Shown here: positions 8,522 through 16,530 of the stretch, piece after piece
Position numbering within the stretch: the first letter of the stretch is position 1
Layout: every line of letters starts with the position of its first letter
DNA from: Thermoproteota archaeon
Lineage (GTDB): Archaea; Korarchaeota; Korarchaeia; B14-G2
DNA: 48,614 nucleotides
Reading direction: 5' to 3'
NCBI GenBank assembly: GCA_003661385.1
Contig: QMWA01000001.1
Location: 1-48,614 of the forward strand
Program-made: the position numbers and the translations under genes
Notes under the pieces: model-generated
Databases searched by the model: none
Told to the model about the DNA's origin: nothing
The model's input: only the letters and a program-made list of their open reading frames with translations

Positions 8522-8961
8522 GCTACTCTCCTCATGTATCCTAGCTTAATAAGGGTCCTCCTTAAGGCCTTCTCGAGAGGAACTCCTCTTCCTACACCAG
8601 GGCAGTCATCCCTGACATAAACATAAACTCCTCTATCTCTGCCAGTAGGGTAGTATGCTAGCTTGTCGCTTTCTCCTCTCAAAGGTCTTCTGGTTATGAC
8701 AAATGGAAAGCTGACGCAAGCTCTAGGCTTATCCATGTTTATCAAGCAGTAAGACCGCCCATACTGGTCTCTCCTAAGAAATGGACAAGGCTCTCCGGCT
8801 CTCTTAAGCCTCCACCCCTTTGGAGTGAGCTCAATATGTATACCATATGCTCTAGAGATCCACTCAGCTTCCCAGCTAGTCAAGTACACGTTGTACTCTA
8901 CACAGCAGTAAAAGCACCTTAAACAAGTCCAGGCGTCGACTTTCCTCCATGGGATAAGCAT
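8518..8961 (-). CDS. YkgJ/UPF0153-like cysteine-cluster (CxxCxxCC) protein
   Basis: CLRCFYCC near the N-terminus plus downstream CPFL and YCLI cysteines. 147 aa. 4-nt stop/start overlap with the DHH gene. Confidence 0.65.
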   Translation of the reverse strand: MLIPWRKVDAWTCLRCFYCCVEYNVYLTSWEAEWISRAYGIHIELTPKGWRLKRAGEPCPFLRRDQYGRSYCLINMDKPRACVSFPFVITRRPLRGESDKLAYYPTGRDRGVYVYVRDDCPGVGRGVPLEKALRRTLIKLGYMRRVA

Positions 8962-8988
8962 CCATATATACCTGCCCTTGCTAATCTA

Positions 8989-8994
8989 TTTAAA
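8989..8994. promoter_or_regulatory. single palindromic TATA-like element TTTAAA at the midpoint of a 60-nt divergent spacer
   Basis: The centre (8991.5) is exactly equidistant (30.5 nt) from start codons 8961 (minus) and 9022 (plus). Confidence 0.45.
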
Positions 8995-9021
8995 CTACAA
9001 CAAGTTGAAGGAGGTCTCAAA

Positions 9022-9897
9022 TTGAAGATCTGCAGGTTCGTTTACAGCCATAGAGAGTCCATAGGCGTAGTTGAAGGGGACTTCATCACAGATATATGTG
9101 CGACTGCAAGAAAAGCAGGCCTCCCTCCCCTATCCACCACGGATGCTCTCATGGCATTGGGTCCAGTACTAGAGCTCTACATAAGGGAGCTACAGGCTCA
9201 GGCTGGGGCTCCAGTCGAGGTAAAGCTCAGCGAGGTCAAGCTGCTTCCCCCAGTTGAGCCAAGCAAAGTCATCTGCCTGGGCCTAAACTACTGGGATCAC
9301 GTCGAGGAGCAGAATGCAAAGCCACCTAAAGACATCGTGATATTCCTAAAGCCGCCGACATGCCTAGTAGGCCACATGCACCCTATCGTGAAGCCAAAGC
9401 TCACTGAGAAGCTCGACTATGAGGGTGAGCTGGCTGTAGTCATAGGCAAAGAGTGTCGGCATGTAAGCCCAGGTGAAGCATACAAGTACATCTGGGGCTA
9501 CACCATACTAAACGACATAACTGCCAGAGACATACAGTTCAAGGACAGACAGTGGACCAGAGGTAAAAGCTTCGATACATTCGCTCCAGTAGGCCCACAT
9601 GTAGTGACCTCGGATGAGATAGAAGACCCATCTGATCTCAGAATCAGGACAAGAGTGAATGGTGAGCTAAGACAGGACTCTACTACAGCGAACATGATAT
9701 TCAAGATACCTGAAGTAGTTTCAAAGCTCAGTCAGGTCATGACCCTGAAGCCAGGAGATCTGATAGCTACAGGCACACCAGCCGGCGTAGGTGTGTTCAT
9801 GAAGCCAAGGCCCAAGTTCCTAGAGCCTGGAGACGTTGTCGAGGTTGAAATAGAGAGGATAGGCTTGCTCAAGAATCCCATAGTAGCTGAGGAGTAA
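9022..9897 (+). CDS. fumarylacetoacetate hydrolase (FAH) family protein
   Basis: LGLNYWDH, DYEGELAVVIGK, GYTILNDITARD, RGKSFDTFAPVGP, ATGTPAGVG. TTG start after GAAGGAGG. Confidence 0.9.
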   Translation: MKICRFVYSHRESIGVVEGDFITDICATARKAGLPPLSTTDALMALGPVLELYIRELQAQAGAPVEVKLSEVKLLPPVEPSKVICLGLNYWDHVEEQNAKPPKDIVIFLKPPTCLVGHMHPIVKPKLTEKLDYEGELAVVIGKECRHVSPGEAYKYIWGYTILNDITARDIQFKDRQWTRGKSFDTFAPVGPHVVTSDEIEDPSDLRIRTRVNGELRQDSTTANMIFKIPEVVSKLSQVMTLKPGDLIATGTPAGVGVFMKPRPKFLEPGDVVEVEIERIGLLKNPIVAEE

Positions 9898-9977
9898 GCT
9901 GCCATCTTGTAAGCTGTACAGCTTCACTTGTGACAACTTTAAGAGCTTGTTCTAGGTGCCTCAGTTAGAGTGGGAGA

Positions 9978-11285
9978 TTGACAGCGAAACTCTCACAGCC
10001 AGTAGACACCAGGATAGCTAAGATAGATAGCAGCTTTGAAGGTAAGCTTGTGAGGCTTAGAGGATGGGTCTATAAGAGGAGAGATATAGGCGGAGCAGCG
10101 TTCATAATCCTAAGGGATGGCTCTGGCTTAATTCAGGTAGCATTCAAGAGAGGCTCTCTGCCACCAGAGCAGTATGAAACAGTACGCCGTGTAGGGCTTG
10201 AGTCAAGCTGCGAGGTCACTGGCGTAGTCAAGTCGGATCCGAGAGCGCCAGGAGGCCTAGAGGTTCACGCTGTAAGCTTCAGGCTGGTAGGAGACTGCAA
10301 AGACTACCCCATAGCGAAAAAGAAGCATGGAGTAGAGTTCCTGCTGGATCACAGGCATCTATGGATCAGGAGCCCGAAGGTAGCTGCTGTCCTCAGAGTC
10401 AGAGCTGAGCTGCTTAAGGCTGCGAGGGAGTGGTTTGAGGCACACGACTACATAGAAGTCACTGCCCCAAGCATAGTGACAGCTGCAGTTGAAGGAGGTG
10501 CAACACTGTTCGAGCTAGAGTACTTCGGGAGAAAAGCCTATCTGACTCAAAGCTCTCAGTTCTACCTTGAGGCAGCAATATTCTCCCTTGGGAGAGCATA
10601 CACGATCCAACCCAGCTTCAGGGCAGAAAAATCCAGAACCAGAAGGCACCTCACAGAGTTCACACACATGGAAGGTGAGGCAGCATTCATGGATCTCAAT
10701 CAGCTGATGATAGAGCTAGAAGACCTAGTATCATACATGTGCAGAGAGGTCGTTGAGAGGAGGAAGAGAGAGTTGGAGGAGCTAGGGAGGAGGTTTACTC
10801 CCCCAGAGCCGCCGTTCCCAAGGATATCCTATGACGAGGCTATAGAGATAGCTCAAAGCAAGGGCGTTCCAATAGAGTGGGGAGAAGACCTGTCAACAGA
10901 GTCCGAGAGAGCCGTCTCATCAGAGTTTGAGAAGCCTGTGCTAGTACACAGGTACCCTCGCGAGGTCAAAGCATTTTACCACAAGCCAGATCCAGAGAAC
11001 CCCAAGGTAGTGCTGTGCACAGACATGTTAGCACCAGAAGACACAGGGGAGATAATAGGCGGAGGCCAAAGGATCCACGACTACCAGGAGCTTGTCAAGA
11101 GGATAGAGGAGTGTGGCCTAGACGTGGAAGACTACGAGTGGTACTTAGACCTGAGGAGATATGGTAGTGTACCTCACTCAGGGTTCGGCTTAGGTGTCGA
11201 GAGGGTAGTGAAGTGGATATGCGGCTTAAGCCACGTCAGAGAAGCAACCCTCATTCCGAGGACACCAGTTAGAGTCTACCCTTAG
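9978..11285 (+). CDS. asnS: asparaginyl-tRNA synthetase
   Basis: Class IIb core FRAEKSRTRRHLTEFTHMEGEAAF, GGGQRIHD, and the AsnRS-type tail YEWYLDLRRYGSVPHSGFGLGVERVV...IPRTPVRVYP. Archaeal AspRS has PPHGG and ...RLTP instead. TTG start. Confidence 0.9.
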   Translation: MTAKLSQPVDTRIAKIDSSFEGKLVRLRGWVYKRRDIGGAAFIILRDGSGLIQVAFKRGSLPPEQYETVRRVGLESSCEVTGVVKSDPRAPGGLEVHAVSFRLVGDCKDYPIAKKKHGVEFLLDHRHLWIRSPKVAAVLRVRAELLKAAREWFEAHDYIEVTAPSIVTAAVEGGATLFELEYFGRKAYLTQSSQFYLEAAIFSLGRAYTIQPSFRAEKSRTRRHLTEFTHMEGEAAFMDLNQLMIELEDLVSYMCREVVERRKRELEELGRRFTPPEPPFPRISYDEAIEIAQSKGVPIEWGEDLSTESERAVSSEFEKPVLVHRYPREVKAFYHKPDPENPKVVLCTDMLAPEDTGEIIGGGQRIHDYQELVKRIEECGLDVEDYEWYLDLRRYGSVPHSGFGLGVERVVKWICGLSHVREATLIPRTPVRVYP

Positions 11286-11366
11286 CTTCAGCTTTCTTCG
11301 AAATGCTTTTAACTAGTAGAGGTGTGTAGCCTCCAAGTCTCCCGCAGAGGACAGAGAGGTGAGTAG

Positions 11367-11576
11367 ATGTCTGGTATCCTATTATCCGACAAGATTCTTG
11401 AGGAACTGAAGGCAAAAGCCCCGACTGCAAAGGTCTGGAAGATCTTCTATCCAATGAGAGAAGAAGAGCCGATCAAGGTTTCAATAATACCAGGAACCGC
11501 AAAGACTCCAATAGAGTTCGAGATAGAGGGCAAGAAGGTCGAGGTAGTAGAGGAGGAGAGGCCGAGAAGAGGTTAG
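11367..11576 (+). CDS. small hypothetical protein (69 aa)
   Basis: ATG preceded by GAGGTGAG, with a TATA-like GCTTTTAAC upstream. Non-repetitive, charged sequence. No family recognised. Confidence 0.45.
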   Translation: MSGILLSDKILEELKAKAPTAKVWKIFYPMREEEPIKVSIIPGTAKTPIEFEIEGKKVEVVEEERPRRG

Positions 11577-11585
11577 CAGCGGGGG

Positions 11586-12599
11586 CTATCCCCCACTTCC
11601 TATTTTTCCCTCTTCTATAAGCCTAAACAGCTCATCTTGATCTGGTGGGCTCACAATCCCTCGCCTTACATCTACAACTCTGGCCTCACCGGCTGATGTG
11701 ACCTCACCTACCACAGTGGCATTAATGCCTTTTCCTCTAAGGAGCTTGACTAGTCTGCTACACAATGCTCTAGGCACTGATATCAGCAAAGATCCAGAAC
11801 CAATCAGCTTCAGCGGGTCAGCTCCGAGTGCACGGCATATCTCAGCTGTCTCAGGCAAGACAGGTACTCTACTCAAGTCTACTCTGATCTCAACACCTGA
11901 TGCATAAGCCATCTCCCACAGCCCACATAGGATCCCGCCTTCAGTTGGGTCATGCATAGCATTGGCTAAGCCAGCTCTAGAGGCTGAAATCCCTTCCCTT
12001 ACAACGCTGATCTGGCTTCTGAGCTTAAGCCCTCTTGCAATGGCTTCTCTGCTTACCTCAGCTTCGCTCTTCTCCTCAAGCTCTTTAGCTAGAATGTAAG
12101 TCCCCTCTATCCCAGCGTATTTTGTCATGACAATCAAGTCTCCAACCTTGCATGCTGAAGCTGGTGTAGGCTTTGGTCCAGCTAGCATTCCTACCATGAA
12201 ACCCACTATAACAGGGCTCTTAACAGGTGGAGCAACCTCACTATGCCCTCCAATAACTCCTATCCCAAGCTCTGCTGCAGCCTCCTTCATTCCTCTCACG
12301 ATATCAGAGAGCTCGCTGACACCAGCTCCCTCTGGGAGGAGTATGCAGTTCAGAAACCACTTTGGCATGAACCCTGAGGCTGCTGTGTCATTAGCGCATA
12401 CGTGAACGCACAGCCACCCTGCATCCTTCGTTGCTCCAGTTATCGGGTCTGATGTAAGGGAGAGAAGCTTTCCATCGACTTGGATGACTGCGCTATCAAG
12501 CCCAATTCCAGGGCCAACTACTACGTCACTAGCCTCTGGTAGGGCTTTTAAGACAAGCTCCTCGAGCTTCTCAGCAGGAAGCTTACCTGCCCGGAGCAC
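11586..12599 (-). CDS. AIR synthase-related (PurM-fold) ATP-binding protein
   Basis: PurM-superfamily layout: N-domain ...GLDSAVIQVDG...DPITG... and C-domain ...AMHDPTEGG... There is no HypE C-terminal PRIC motif, so a specific assignment is not possible. Confidence 0.75.
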   Translation of the reverse strand: MLRAGKLPAEKLEELVLKALPEASDVVVGPGIGLDSAVIQVDGKLLSLTSDPITGATKDAGWLCVHVCANDTAASGFMPKWFLNCILLPEGAGVSELSDIVRGMKEAAAELGIGVIGGHSEVAPPVKSPVIVGFMVGMLAGPKPTPASACKVGDLIVMTKYAGIEGTYILAKELEEKSEAEVSREAIARGLKLRSQISVVREGISASRAGLANAMHDPTEGGILCGLWEMAYASGVEIRVDLSRVPVLPETAEICRALGADPLKLIGSGSLLISVPRALCSRLVKLLRGKGINATVVGEVTSAGEARVVDVRRGIVSPPDQDELFRLIEEGKIGSGG

Positions 12600-12646
12600 C
12601 CCAGGTCACAGAGGCCTGAAATCATGCAGCGTTTAAAGGTGAGGGA

Positions 12647-13249
12647 TTGAAGCTAGAAGTGGAGGTTAAGCTGAAGATCAGCAGATCTCACATCCTAGCT
12701 CTAATGAAGAGGCGAGGTATAAGGCTGAAGAAGGTGAGGGAGGTAAGCCAGAGGGACATATTCTTTGACTTCAGTGACCTAAGGCTGTTCAAGCGAGGAT
12801 GCGGCTTAAGAGTTAGAATAGAGCCAAGCAGGGTGGTCTTATGCTATAAGGGGCCGAAGACTAGCATCATGGGGGAGAAAGCCAGAGCAGAAGTAGAGTG
12901 GGAGCTTGGAGGAAGAGAAGAGGCTTTTCTCGAGATACTCGAGGGGGTAGGAGTCCAGAATGTGAGCCCACCAGCTTCTCTCAGGGATCTACTGGAGATG
13001 CTGAAGGATGCAGGGCTTAAGGAGACAGTTCGCGTAGAGAAGCTAAGAGAAGAGTTCCTGCTGCCAGAGCTAGGGTGCAAGCTATGTATAGACAGAGTAA
13101 AGGGGCTAGGAGAGTTTGCTGAGCTAGAAGGCCCAGCATGCATGCGTATCGTCAGAGATCTAGGCCTAGAAAGATACATAGTCAGAGAGACCTATGCTGA
13201 AATGGTAGCATCAAGTTTCCTCAAGAGCTTTAGAAAAAGCCTCCACTAA
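12647..13249 (+). CDS. CYTH-domain protein (triphosphate tunnel metalloenzyme / class IV adenylyl cyclase-like)
   Basis: N-terminal ExExK (LEVEVKLKI), LRVR, YKGPK, RAEVEWEL, VEKLREEF, and C-terminal GLGEFAELE. The TTG start is needed to retain ExExK. Confidence 0.8.
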   Translation: MKLEVEVKLKISRSHILALMKRRGIRLKKVREVSQRDIFFDFSDLRLFKRGCGLRVRIEPSRVVLCYKGPKTSIMGEKARAEVEWELGGREEAFLEILEGVGVQNVSPPASLRDLLEMLKDAGLKETVRVEKLREEFLLPELGCKLCIDRVKGLGEFAELEGPACMRIVRDLGLERYIVRETYAEMVASSFLKSFRKSLH

Positions 13250-13747
13250 GTCTGGAGTGAACCCCACTAACAGCACTCTCCTAACATTTCTGCTTCCACG
13301 CAGAAACTCCACCACCGTGCTGACAATCACAGCAGCTGCCTCCTCGGCTTTAAGCCCACCTACACCAGTACCCATACCAGGAAACGCTATGCTCTCAGCT
13401 CCAACATCCTCAGCGACATTAAGGGCTGCTCTAACAGCCCTCTTAACTTTATCGAGAGAGGTTCTTCCAGCTGGCCTCTCCATGGTAGGCGCGTGGACCA
13501 CATACCTAGCCTTCAGCTTTCCAGCTGTCGTAGCTATAGCAGACCCGACTGGAATGGGCGCCTTCCTCATAGCCTCCTTCTCTATCTCAGCGCCACCCTT
13601 CTTCTTGATTGCGTAAGCAACTCCTCCTCCCATTATGCCAAGTGAGTTGGCTGGATTAACTATGGCATCTACATCTGCATCAGTTATGTCGCCTTCCCAG
13701 ACTTCAATACGCCCTCCCTCTAGATCTCTTCCAAGAATGAACCTCAC
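13211..13747 (-). CDS. macro-domain protein (ADP-ribose binding / deacylase type)
   Basis: GDITDADVDAIVNPANSLGIMGGGVAYAI ... VVHAPT ... SIAFPGMGTGVGG. 178 aa. Confidence 0.9.
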   Translation of the reverse strand: MRFILGRDLEGGRIEVWEGDITDADVDAIVNPANSLGIMGGGVAYAIKKKGGAEIEKEAMRKAPIPVGSAIATTAGKLKARYVVHAPTMERPAGRTSLDKVKRAVRAALNVAEDVGAESIAFPGMGTGVGGLKAEEAAAVIVSTVVEFLRGSRNVRRVLLVGFTPDLVEAFSKALEET

Positions 13748-13781
13748 TACACCACCCCTTATCCCAGCGCCCAGCTTGTTT

Positions 13782-14177
13782 TTAGCTTCTAATGCTCTTA
13801 TTTAACAAGACCTCTGCCCAAGGGTTGTCGTCGAATACAGAGCTGTTAACAGCTGGAGCCCACCTGCTAGCCTCCCAACCTACTGCGGCAACTCCACTTA
13901 GCCTGTCCAACACTTCATTAAGCTTGCATCTAATCTCATGCACCTCATGGATGAGCTTCTCCTGCATATCTATCTGCTTCATCAGCATCCTAGCTAGCGT
14001 CCTGATCTCCCTTGCAAGCTTGCCTGAAGAGCTTCTTCCAGAGGAGCCGTCTTCAACTCCAAGCAGATAAGCTCTAGCTATGATGTCAGCTACCATGTCA
14101 GAGAACCTGCTGTCCTTTAGGCTCTCCTTCAAAGCCTTTACATGCTTTTCTTTACTCGACCTCTTGCGTGCTGGCAA
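13782..14177 (-). CDS. hypothetical protein (basic N-terminus, coiled coil, C-terminal DNPW motif)
   Basis: 131-aa ORF in the same direction as the macro gene, starting about 28 nt from a TATA-like CCTATAAG (minus strand). Sequence: MPARKRSSKEKH..., heptad-like central helix, ...FDDNPWAEVLL. Confidence 0.55.
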   Translation of the reverse strand: MPARKRSSKEKHVKALKESLKDSRFSDMVADIIARAYLLGVEDGSSGRSSSGKLAREIRTLARMLMKQIDMQEKLIHEVHEIRCKLNEVLDRLSGVAAVGWEASRWAPAVNSSVFDDNPWAEVLLNKSIRS

Positions 14178-14299
14178 GGAGCCCCCAACTGATATTCAGC
14201 TGCTTATAGGGCTTTCTGTCAGAAAAGAAGGGGGTACCTGAGAGTATTACCGAATATGCTTCACTGTGCTACTGAAGCAGGCTATATCCCCCTTGAACT

Positions 14300-15202
14300 C
14301 TACTTGCTCTCGCTTTTACCCCCAGCTACTGCTTTCTCAGCTAGCCCAGCTATGGGCTTTATCAAGCTAGTGAACTCTAGTGGCAGCACTATCTTTGTAG
14401 CTGGGCTGGCAGCTATCGCTTTAAGGGCTTCAAGGTACTGCAGGCTCAGCGTCTTGGGGTCTATCTCTCTGGCAACCTCGAATACTGTCTTTAAGGCTAT
14501 AGCATAGCCCTCTGCTTTGAGGATTGCTGCCTGCCTTTCTCCCTCTGCTTTGAGGATTGCTGCCTGCTTTTCCCCCTCTGCCACTCTAATTGCTGCCTCC
14601 TTCTTACCTTCAGCCTCCGTTACCATAGCTCTCCTAGTTCTCTCAGCTGCCATCTGCTTAATCATAGCTTCCTGCACATCTGTTGGAGGCTTTATCTCCC
14701 TTATCTCGACGCTAGTGACTTTAACTCCCCACCTCTCAGTGACTTCATCAAGCTTCGTCCTCAGAATCTGGTTTATCCTATCCCTTTGTGCCAGTGTCTC
14801 ATCTAGGGTGATATCTCCGACGACAGCTCTCAAGGTGGTTGTAGCAAGCCCGAGTGCAGCAGCCTTAAAGTCCTGGACATTTATCACAGAGGCCTTTGGG
14901 TCTATAACCTTGTAGTAGACTAGGAAGTCTATGTCAGTTGGCGCGTTGTCTTTCGTTATGCATGTCTGATGTGGGACTGAGAAGAAGCCCTCTCTTAAGT
15001 CCACTTCAATAGGCCTATCTATGATCGGTATCAGGAACACTATACCAGGGCCTTTTACACCAAAGAACCTGCCAAGCCTGAATACCACGATCCTCCTGTA
15101 CTCTGGGACTATCTTAATTGCCTGGGAGAGCAGCCAGAGCAGGAAGAACACTACTATCAGTAGAGTTATCAGAGTGATTGGATCTACAGTAGGCAACTGC
15201 AT
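14300..15202 (-). CDS. SPFH/band-7 (stomatin/prohibitin-like) membrane protein
   Basis: N-terminal TM helix, SPFH core (IVPEYRRIVVFRLGR...TKDNAPTDIDFLVYYKV...), and a C-terminal A/E/K-rich coiled coil. Confidence 0.9.
   Translation of the reverse strand: MQLPTVDPITLITLLIVVFFLLWLLSQAIKIVPEYRRIVVFRLGRFFGVKGPGIVFLIPIIDRPIEVDLREGFFSVPHQTCITKDNAPTDIDFLVYYKVIDPKASVINVQDFKAAALGLATTTLRAVVGDITLDETLAQRDRINQILRTKLDEVTERWGVKVTSVEIREIKPPTDVQEAMIKQMAAERTRRAMVTEAEGKKEAAIRVAEGEKQAAILKAEGERQAAILKAEGYAIALKTVFEVAREIDPKTLSLQYLEALKAIAASPATKIVLPLEFTSLIKPIAGLAEKAVAGGKSESK
14508..14606. repeat. three tandem 33-bp repeats inside the stomatin gene (11-aa units AEGE[KR]QAAILK)
   Basis: Units at 14508-14540, 14541-14573 and 14574-14606. 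The first two are nearly identical (ccctctgctttgaggattgctgcctgc...) and the third is diverged. They encode KEAAIRVAEGE/KQAAILKAEGE/RQAAILKAEG. Confidence 0.85.
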
Positions 15203-15249
15203 GCTACCCCTCCCTCAGCTACAGCGCTCAGTTAATAAGCATTTCACTG

Positions 15250-16506
15250 CTATTGAACTTTCTCGACTATTAGTGTAAGCCCCTCTACCCCGACCACCCT
15301 CACTCTTTCACCTGACCTTATGGTAACTGGCCTCTTAGCCTTAGCACTCCATAGCTCTGCCTCGACAAGGACCACCCCAGTCTTATATGGCTCTATATCC
15401 TCTCTTACCTCCCCTTCTTTGCCTAGAAGCTGAGCCTTATAGTCAAGGAGCTTCTCTTTCTTCAATAGAACCTGCCTTATCTTATGCATGTAGAAGCCAA
15501 CTACCCCAGCGAAGAAGAAGCTCAGCAGGCTCACGGCCACAAGAGAAGACCTGGGTTTAAGCAGAGGCTGCCCACTGTACAGCAGCAGCAGGCCCAGACA
15601 GGCTAGCCCAACTCCAACGAGCGCATTTATCCCATGCCCGGTTTTGAGCTCAAAGAGCATTGTTATAACCCCTATTAGGGCTAGGAGCGCCGGAACTACC
15701 CCACCGCTCACTATTCCCAGCCCATATATGCCAAGGAGTATCAGTGTCAGCCCAACTCCCTCACCGATGAAGGTTGGGTGAGTTAACCCAACCAGTAGTA
15801 TGAGCCCACCTAGCACTGTAAGAATCCAAGCTGTAATCGGGTTTCCCACAAGTGATAGTAGAGTAGACTTAGCATCAGGCCTTATGTACAGGATGCGGTC
15901 TACTGTTATGTTCAGTGCCTTAAGCAGCTCATGGGTATCTGAGGCAACCAGGTCTATCACCCCACTCTTGGCAGCTTCCTCTGATGTCATCACAAGGTTC
16001 TCCTTGACCATCAAGGATAGTGCAGTCCTGTTTCTCCCTCTAGCGTTTGCTATGCTCTCCATCCACTTTTCCATTGCATTGACTACCTTGGGGTCTGGTG
16101 GCCTAGGCTCACATGCCCCAACTATCGTATCTGGGGCCATCGCAGCGTACTTTGTAGAGAGGAGGATGTATGCTCCAGCAGACAGAGCTCTACCCTGAGG
16201 GGGGACGTAACCGATCGTAAGCATCCCAGATCCAACTATACTGTTGACTATCCTCCTAGTGGGGTCTAGGATGCCTCCATCAGTATCAACCAAGAGGACT
16301 ACAGCTTCAGCTCCGCTCTCAGCTGCTGACCTCAAGGTCCTCTCGACAAGGTCTGCTTTACCGAGGTCTATCATCCCAGTTAGCTCGATAACCACAGCGA
16401 TTCTCTCCTCGCAGCTCAAAAGGCTGACTCGAAGCATGCTTAGAGCCACTAGCACTAGCACCCAGCTTCTCCTGATGCACACCACCTGTCGTAGATGCCT
16501 TAGCAA
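15250..16506 (-). CDS. NfeD-family membrane-bound serine protease (stomatin operon partner)
   Basis: N-terminal ClpP-like domain (VVLLVDTDGG, RALSAGAYILL), central multi-TM block, and a C-terminal OB-like NfeD domain (GEVREDIEP...GVVLVEAELWSAKA). It lies immediately upstream of the SPFH gene, as in known stomatin/NfeD pairs. Confidence 0.85.
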   Translation of the reverse strand: MLRHLRQVVCIRRSWVLVLVALSMLRVSLLSCEERIAVVIELTGMIDLGKADLVERTLRSAAESGAEAVVLLVDTDGGILDPTRRIVNSIVGSGMLTIGYVPPQGRALSAGAYILLSTKYAAMAPDTIVGACEPRPPDPKVVNAMEKWMESIANARGRNRTALSLMVKENLVMTSEEAAKSGVIDLVASDTHELLKALNITVDRILYIRPDAKSTLLSLVGNPITAWILTVLGGLILLVGLTHPTFIGEGVGLTLILLGIYGLGIVSGGVVPALLALIGVITMLFELKTGHGINALVGVGLACLGLLLLYSGQPLLKPRSSLVAVSLLSFFFAGVVGFYMHKIRQVLLKKEKLLDYKAQLLGKEGEVREDIEPYKTGVVLVEAELWSAKAKRPVTIRSGERVRVVGVEGLTLIVEKVQ

Positions 16507-16530
16507 GGTTCATAAACGTTACAGGCTACG

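Noticed and set aside
9911-9924. 14-bp perfect palindrome AAGCTGTACAGCTT between the FAH gene and asnS, as a regulatory site.
   Set aside because: It is AGCT-based in an AGCT-rich genome and short, with no second copy seen. It may simply be a chance palindrome or a weak 3' hairpin of the FAH transcript. I noted it but could not support it further.
9978-11285. Aspartyl-tRNA synthetase assignment.
   Set aside because: The motif-3 region and C-terminus (YGSVPHSGFGLGVERVV ... IPRTPVRVYP) follow the AsnRS pattern. Archaeal AspRS has the PPHGGFGLG ... RLTP pattern.
11586-12599. Specific call as HypE, ThiL, SelD or PurM.
   Set aside because: Only the generic PurM fold is visible. The HypE C-terminal PRIC motif and the SelD N-terminal Cys/Sec loop are absent, and I cannot discriminate ThiL by eye.
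14178-14299. C/D-box or H/ACA sRNA in the 122-nt spacer. The same question applies to 31484..31705.
   Set aside because: CTGA motifs are present, but on neither strand is there a canonical RUGAUGA C box at the right distance, a terminal stem, or an ACA box after a hairpin. The spacer is adequately explained by a promoter (TATA-like CCTATAAG about 28 nt from start 14177).
14508-14606. Possible CRISPR-like or minisatellite array.
   Set aside because: The units are contiguous with no spacers, lie in frame inside the stomatin CDS, and encode a coiled-coil repeat. No CRISPR array or cas gene is present anywhere in the window.
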